From NCBI GenBank assembly GCA_038843675.1, contig JAWBRV010000003.1, positions 4,908 to 68,907 on the forward strand: a stretch of 64,000 nt of DNA, given 5' to 3'. Below, piece after piece: positions 58,516-64,000 of the stretch. The notes beneath the pieces are model-generated. The model was not told the origin of the DNA. It saw only the letters and a program-made list of their open reading frames with translations, and made no database searches. Origin of the DNA: Candidatus Bathyarchaeia archaeon (GTDB lineage: Archaea > Thermoproteota > Bathyarchaeia > 40CM-2-53-6 > CALIRQ01). How positions within the stretch are numbered: the stretch's first letter is position 1; the number at the start of each line of letters is the position of its first letter. The position numbers and the translations under genes are program-made.

Positions 58516-58613
58516 CGCCGAACACAAAAATAGATTAGTGCTCGAAAATAAAAGATTTTGGCTCTTGGATAAGAGATAATTAACGAGCGAAATCCGAGGG
58601 CGCCTCATGTCCT

Positions 58614-59636
58614 TTAAACCGAGAGGTTTATGGCGATCTCTGATATATCCGCTCCATAATCGGCCGTCCTACGGATGCTCTCCAAGGCCAATCTCAGGCC
58701 CATCATGGACTGGGCCGTTGCGCCCGACTCCAAGATCTTCCTCGTCAGGCTCCCTTCGAATGCCCCAACCTCTTGGGCTAGGGATATGGACCTCTGAGCC
58801 AATTCTACATCGAGCCCGCTCAAAGCCCTCATGGCGTATTCGCAAACGTCCATGGCAATGGAGCTCACCTCCTCGATCGACTCCATGAGCTCCGCTCGCA
58901 TGGGTGCGCTCAAGAGGCGAGCCGCCTGCGCTATATTGGTAGCATGATCAGCTATTCTCTCTAGGCTCTTCGCCACGATCCTATATCCGAGGCAATCTTT
59001 CGGTCCGCTGAGGCCCAGCTCCTTTATCAGCGATCTATCGACCACCGCGGATTTCAGCTGTCGGACTACGAAGAAATATAGGCGGTCCACGTCATCGTCC
59101 CGTTGTTCAACATCATCGGCAAGCGAAAGATCGGTCTCCTTCAGGGCCCTTATGGCATCTCTGTGCATTAGCGAGGAGAGCACATGCATACGGCTTATCG
59201 CGGCCTTCAGCGGAAATTCCGCATGACCGAGGAGGGATTGCACTACGATGCGATCGGCGGAGCTCTCCATCACCTCCACCCCTACGAGCTTTCTCCTTAT
59301 CGCATCCTTGATCCGATATCCCAAGTCAGGCGCATGCCTGCCGAATTGAACGCTTATGACATCGTATCCGGCCAGATAGCGCGCTATCAGGAGCCTAACG
59401 ACCTCCTCCACATCATCGGTAGGAGCCGCCTCTATTGAGGCCGATCTCCTCTCCTCCTCCTCGGATCCGACCCTTGGGAGAATGACCAGCGAGTGGTCCG
59501 GCTGGGGCAGGATGTCCAAAAGATCGCCCCGCTTCAATTTTAGATCCTCCACCCACCATTTGGGCAAGGAGACTATGAAGGTGGAGCCCCCGGTCACCTG
59601 AACCCTCCTGACCTCCTTTTTGTTCAAGATTCCCAC
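58614..59636 (-). CDS. phoU: AbrB-PhoU phosphate uptake regulator
   Basis: RRVQVTGGST..VSLPK.W (AbrB); DDDVDR, LERIADHA, R.ADY...I.E (PhoU). Confidence 0.92.
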   Translation of the reverse strand: MGILNKKEVRRVQVTGGSTFIVSLPKWWVEDLKLKRGDLLDILPQPDHSLVILPRVGSEEEERRSASIEAAPTDDVEEVVRLLIARYLAGYDVISVQFGRHAPDLGYRIKDAIRRKLVGVEVMESSADRIVVQSLLGHAEFPLKAAISRMHVLSSLMHRDAIRALKETDLSLADDVEQRDDDVDRLYFFVVRQLKSAVVDRSLIKELGLSGPKDCLGYRIVAKSLERIADHATNIAQAARLLSAPMRAELMESIEEVSSIAMDVCEYAMRALSGLDVELAQRSISLAQEVGAFEGSLTRKILESGATAQSMMGLRLALESIRRTADYGADISEIAINLSV

Positions 59637-59669
59637 CTCCTATATATTTTTTTAGACGTTATTTAGAAT

Positions 59670-59697
59670 ATTGCGAAAATATATATATTTCCGCAAT
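59670..59697. promoter_or_regulatory. 28-bp palindrome, candidate PhoU-AbrB operator over the divergent promoter
   Basis: ATTGCGAAAATATATATATTTCCGCAAT; 13 of 14 positions pair. Confidence 0.6.
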
Positions 59698-59733
59698 TCT
59701 ATGCATGTAAAGACCAGCGGGGTGATGGGAAAA

Positions 59734-60842
59734 ATGAACGTCCCGAAGAAGATTGTTGCAATTGCAGCAATTCTTGCCTTGGTAATGATTGCGGGAGCAT
59801 CGCTAACGCTCCAGCGACCGGCCGGTCCATCTCAAACAACGATTACGACTCAAACGGGCTCGGGCTCTTGGGGGCCGGAGCCTCCTTCCCATACCCACTA
59901 ATATCTAAATGGGCACAAGAATATGAAATCCTGACGAATGGCATGGTGACCATCAATTACCAAAGCATAGGCAGCGGGGGCGGCATAAAGCAAATCACGG
60001 AAAGGGCCATAGATTTCGGGGCAACGGACGCGCCCCTAACGCCGGATGAGGCGAAGAGGGCGCCAGGCCTCCTCCACATCCCGGAAACCATTGGCGCCGT
60101 AGTCTTGGCCTATAACCTGCCGGGGATCGACAAGAGGCTGAAGCTTAGCGGCGACGTCTTGGCCGACATATATTTGGGCAAAATCGTCAAGTGGAACGAC
60201 CCGAGGATAGCCTCAATGAACGAGGGGATGGCGCTCCCTGATAGGGAAATTGTCGTTGTGAAGAGGTCCGATTCGAGCGGAACTACCTTCATATTCACGG
60301 ACTATTTATCGACGGTGAGCGGCGAATGGATGAGGAACGTGGGGAGGGGCAAGGTCTTCAATTATCCCGAGGCGTTGAGCGCAAGGGGGGTACAGGCCAA
60401 GGGGAATGAGGGGGTCACGGCCATCATTAAGCAAACACCATACTCGATCGGCTATGTGGAGCTCACATACGCCCTTCAAAATAACATACCATACGCACTC
60501 CTCAGGAATAAGGCCGGGAGGTTCGTCGAGGCGAACTTCGAAACGATAGCAAGCGCCGCCTCCGCGGCCTTCCCCAAGCTCCCCAAGGGGGATGAACCTT
60601 GGGATAAAGTGAGCATCGTCGACGCGGAAGGGGAGGGATCCTATCCAATTGCCAGCTTTACCTACATATTGGTCTATAAGGACCTATCCTATATGGGCAA
60701 GGAGAAGGCCCAAGCCTTGGTGGGCTTCTTAAGGTGGGCCGTGACCGAAGGGCAGAAATATTGCAAGGACCTATATTACGTGCCTCTCCCACCCGAGGTG
60801 CAGAGGCTCAACTTGGAAACGATATCGATGATCCGGATATGA
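59734..60842 (+). pseudogene. pstS: Phosphate ABC transporter binding protein, frameshifted after the signal anchor
   Basis: MNVPKKIVAIAAILALVMIAG in one frame (stop 59901); GAGASFPYP, GSGGG and RSDSSGTT in another. Shift near 59850-59867. Confidence 0.75.
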
Positions 60843-61738
60843 GGAGGGATAAGTTCAAAGTCCTAACCCTTCTTTTTTCCATCCTATTCCTAATTTTCTC
60901 AGCCCTATTCATCTGTGAGCTATTCTCAGCCTCAAGCCTGACTTGGAGTAGGCTCGGGATCGCCTTCATATTCGGCCAAAGATGGGATCCGCTCAATGGG
61001 GTTTACGGTGCCCTCCCGTTCATCTATGGCACAATTGTTTCCTCCACCTTCGCCCTGCTAGTGGCGGCGGTATTGGGGATCGGGGTAGCCATATTCCTAT
61101 CAGAGATATCGCCGAAGGGCCTTAGGGAGCCCCTCTCGGCCGTAATGGAACTAATAGCCGCGATACCCAGCGTGATAATAGGCCTATGGGGAATCTTCGT
61201 CCTAGTGCCATTCGTTAGGGATTCCCTCCAACCCATGGTGTCCCCGCTCTCCTTCATACCGCTCTTCTCCGGCAGGAGTCCGAGCGGGCTCTCGATGCTC
61301 GCGGCCATAATAGTGCTCTCCTTCATGATAACTCCGATAGTCGCCACGGTGGCGAAGGATTGTCTCCTCATGGTCCCGCGGGAGCTGAAGGAGGCGGCCT
61401 ATGGCTTGGGCGCTAGGAGATATGAGGTCATAAGGCATGTGAGCATACCATATGCCAAGAGCGGCATAATCGGAGGCCTAATATTAGGCTATGGGAGGGC
61501 CATAGGGGAGACGATGGCGGTCACCATGGTTATAGGGAACTCCTACGCGATCTCCCCCTCCCTCCTCAGCCCCGCCCATACAATGGCCGCCGTGTTGGCG
61601 AACGAGTTCGCGGAGGCTACCGATGCCCTCTATCTCTCCTCACTTACGGCCATAGCCCTCCTCCTGATTCTCATATCCTTGGTCATAAACTTGACCGGTA
61701 GGTCAGTGGTGATTAGATGGCAAAGGGCCGCAAGATAA
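60839..61738 (+). CDS. pstC: Phosphate ABC permease
   Basis: GALPFIYGT, AAIPSV..GLWG, EAA loop, RAIGETMAV. Confidence 0.95.
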   Translation: MRRDKFKVLTLLFSILFLIFSALFICELFSASSLTWSRLGIAFIFGQRWDPLNGVYGALPFIYGTIVSSTFALLVAAVLGIGVAIFLSEISPKGLREPLSAVMELIAAIPSVIIGLWGIFVLVPFVRDSLQPMVSPLSFIPLFSGRSPSGLSMLAAIIVLSFMITPIVATVAKDCLLMVPRELKEAAYGLGARRYEVIRHVSIPYAKSGIIGGLILGYGRAIGETMAVTMVIGNSYAISPSLLSPAHTMAAVLANEFAEATDALYLSSLTAIALLLILISLVINLTGRSVVIRWQRAAR

Positions 61739-62541
61739 AGGACTGGCTCTTGGCGGCCTCCTCCGCCTCCTCAGTGGCAATAGTCGCCTTCCCATTGATT
61801 CACATAATCCTTACCACGGCGATGAACGGCATCCGATCGATCGATCTAGCCTTCCTAACGTCCCTACCAAAGCCCCCCGGCGAGGCCGGGGGCGGCATAG
61901 CGCACGCCATACAGGGCTCGATGATCCTCGCGGCCCTCACGATGGCGATTAGCATCCCGTCCTCGTTGATGATCGCCGTATACTTGGTGGAATATCGAGA
62001 TAGGAGATTGGGGGAAATCCTAGAGGTCGTGAACGATGCCTTCACGGGGACCCCCAGCATAGTGGCTGGAGTATTCGTCTATTCCTTCGTGGTCCTGAGG
62101 CATGGATTCTCGGCCTTGGCCGGAGCGATGGCGTTGAGCATACTCGCCATCCCGAATTTGGTGAGGATCTTCGGGGAAGCCCTCAAATTGGTCCCATTGG
62201 ATTTGAGGATGGCGGGCTTGGCGTTGGGGGCCCCGAAATGGCGGGTCATAATCCACATAGTCTTGAGCGCGGCGATGCCATCGATAGCCTCCGGGGCGCT
62301 ATTGATCCTAGCGAGAGTTATGGGGGAAACGGCCCCACTGCTCTTCACAGCATTCGGCAGCAATAGGTTCGCCTACGACATCCTTCATCCGGTTTCGGCC
62401 ATACCGTTGGTGATTTATACATATGCCACATCCCCCTACACCGATTGGCATGGGAAGGCTTGGGGGGCCGCCCTCATCCTAATGCTTCTCGTGCTCGCGA
62501 TAAACCTCTTGGTCAAATATGGCCTAAAGGGGAGAGGATAG
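61717..62541 (+). CDS. pstA: Phosphate ABC permease
   Basis: GGI..AI.GS, YL.EY, PSIV.G, AR..GETAPL. Confidence 0.95.
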   Translation: MAKGRKIKDWLLAASSASSVAIVAFPLIHIILTTAMNGIRSIDLAFLTSLPKPPGEAGGGIAHAIQGSMILAALTMAISIPSSLMIAVYLVEYRDRRLGEILEVVNDAFTGTPSIVAGVFVYSFVVLRHGFSALAGAMALSILAIPNLVRIFGEALKLVPLDLRMAGLALGAPKWRVIIHIVLSAAMPSIASGALLILARVMGETAPLLFTAFGSNRFAYDILHPVSAIPLVIYTYATSPYTDWHGKAWGAALILMLLVLAINLLVKYGLKGRG

Positions 62542-62598
62542 GGATTTGCTTCACAATGTTTTAAAGTTTATTAAAGGCCCGTTAAAACAAGATTTGGG

Positions 62599-63135
62599 AT
62601 GAACGCCGCGAGATCCTCAGAACCAAATCCCAATGGCTTGGTAAGGGATTTCAGAACCGCTCCATTGGAATTGAGCGAATCCGAGGACTTCCAAGATATA
62701 TTTTGCATCGTCAAGAAGGCCGTTAAGGCGATCCTTGGGAAGGGGAGAGCCGGCTTGACGCTTGTCCTAGCGGATTTGCCGCCGAACATAGGGGCATTCC
62801 ACAGCTTTGGTTCGAACTTCATAGTCATGAATAGGATCGCCTTGGAGGCGATGAGGGCTGGGGCCAAGGAGGGGATCGAGGTCAAATCTTACATTTTCGT
62901 GATCCTCCTCCACGAATATCTCCATAGTTTGGGATATCTCGATGAAGCACAGACTAGGAGGCTCGTTTATGAGATCTCGAAGGAGCTATTCGGGGAAGAC
63001 CACCCAGCCACTAGGATGGCCGCCCGAGGGCCTTTAGAGCTCTTGGAAGGGGTCATGGCCCGTGGAGATCTGGGCGGGCGCCCGCCAAAAATAATTAAGG
63101 AATTCGATCCCTCCTATAGGGGTTACATCCATTGA
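62599..63135 (+). CDS. Small zincin-like (HExxH) protein
   Basis: IGAFH, N.IVMN, LLHEYLHSLG..DE. Confidence 0.75.
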   Translation: MNAARSSEPNPNGLVRDFRTAPLELSESEDFQDIFCIVKKAVKAILGKGRAGLTLVLADLPPNIGAFHSFGSNFIVMNRIALEAMRAGAKEGIEVKSYIFVILLHEYLHSLGYLDEAQTRRLVYEISKELFGEDHPATRMAARGPLELLEGVMARGDLGGRPPKIIKEFDPSYRGYIH

Positions 63136-64000
63136 AGGGAGGATCCGTTGCCTTTAACGCATCAACATTCCGCATCCTAGAGGCAGCCGAGGCGGCGCTA
63201 TCGGACGAGCTATACGCCTCAATCCTATATGGCCGATTGGCGATCACCCATGGGGATGGGCCGATCGGGACGAAGCTGGGGAGGATGGCCGAGATGGAGC
63301 GGGATCACGCTGAGTTCTGGCGCGATTTCTTGCGAAGGAGGCATCGTCCGGCGCCGGGCAGGGCTGTCTACGGCCCAAGGCTCGCCCTTCACGTTGCCGC
63401 GTCTAGATTGTTGGGCCTCAGAATCTTCCTGCTATTCTTAGAGAGGGATGAGCGCGAGGCCATCGAGCTTTATTCCAAGCTCATCGAGAGCCCCGGGATC
63501 GATGGGCCGGAGAGGGAGAGGCTTAGGGGGATCTTGGAGGATGAGCTCCTTCACGAGCGGGAGCTCCTCGAGGAGGAATCCAAGGCTAAGGAGCACATCG
63601 CCCACGTCAGGGATGCCGTCTTAGGCATGAACGATGGCTTGGTCGAGATATTATCGATCACGTCCGGTTTGGCGGGGGCCTACGGGGATCCCTTCCACAC
63701 GGCTTTGGGAGGGCTCGTGGTCGCGGTGGCTGGCGCGCTGTCAATGGGGATGGGCGTCTTCGCCAGCGTAAAGGCGCAGAGGCAGGTTAGTGAAAGCCTC
63801 CTGCGCAGGGTCGAGGAGGCATCGAGGTACGTTGCGCATGTATTCAAGGAGAGGCTGATCGGGCACATGATGAAGAGGGGATATAGTGTTGAGCTCTCAA
63901 GGGCAGTGGCTGAGGAATCCTCCAAGGACCCAGAGCTGCTTTCCAAGATTATAGCCGAGGAGGAATATGGCCTCAGGGGGGAATCCATGGGTAGCCCGCG
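63132..64000 (+). CDS. Rubrerythrin/ferritin-like plus VIT1/CCC1 iron transporter fusion (3' end runs off window)
   Basis: Not in ORF track. TTG 63132 overlaps the previous stop; DE…EMERDH…DE…EDELLH di-iron pattern, then VRDAVLGMNDGLV and AGALSMG. Confidence 0.88.
   Translation, partial: MKGGSVAFNASTFRILEAAEAALSDELYASILYGRLAITHGDGPIGTKLGRMAEMERDHAEFWRDFLRRRHRPAPGRAVYGPRLALHVAASRLLGLRIFLLFLERDEREAIELYSKLIESPGIDGPERERLRGILEDELLHERELLEEESKAKEHIAHVRDAVLGMNDGLVEILSITSGLAGAYGDPFHTALGGLVVAVAGALSMGMGVFASVKAQRQVSESLLRRVEEASRYVAHVFKERLIGHMMKRGYSVELSRAVAEESSKDPELLSKIIAEEEYGLRGESMGSP

Overview
GC-rich archaeal chromosome segment. Gene content and order (gins-mcm-hel308, smc-scpA-scpB, thpR-cca, Cdc6-2-like initiator, VGG-type C-terminal anchor, multi-intron tRNAs) fit a TACK archaeon, probably Bathyarchaeia; this taxonomy is inference. 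Most genes are housekeeping: replication (cdc6, rfcL/S, gins, mcm, hel308, lhr), condensin, tRNA processing (cca, rnz, trm11, thpR), moaC/moaB, gdhA, prs, pncA, hypF, pst. Features missing from the ORF track include a tRNA-Pro(GGG) with three non-canonical introns, a tRNA-Arg(GCG) with two introns, two box C/D guide RNAs, a candidate replication origin, two edge-truncated CDSs, a doubly frameshifted vapC and a frameshifted pstS. The best candidates for undescribed systems are a GH3/ANL-like ligase next to ACT-V4R and RHH-V4R-like genes near a paaK/symporter operon, and a Kelch surface protein with a VGG sorting signal facing a membrane-anchored clan-CD-like peptidase. No CRISPR array, rRNA or transposase was seen. 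All calls come from reading motifs by eye; no searches were run.
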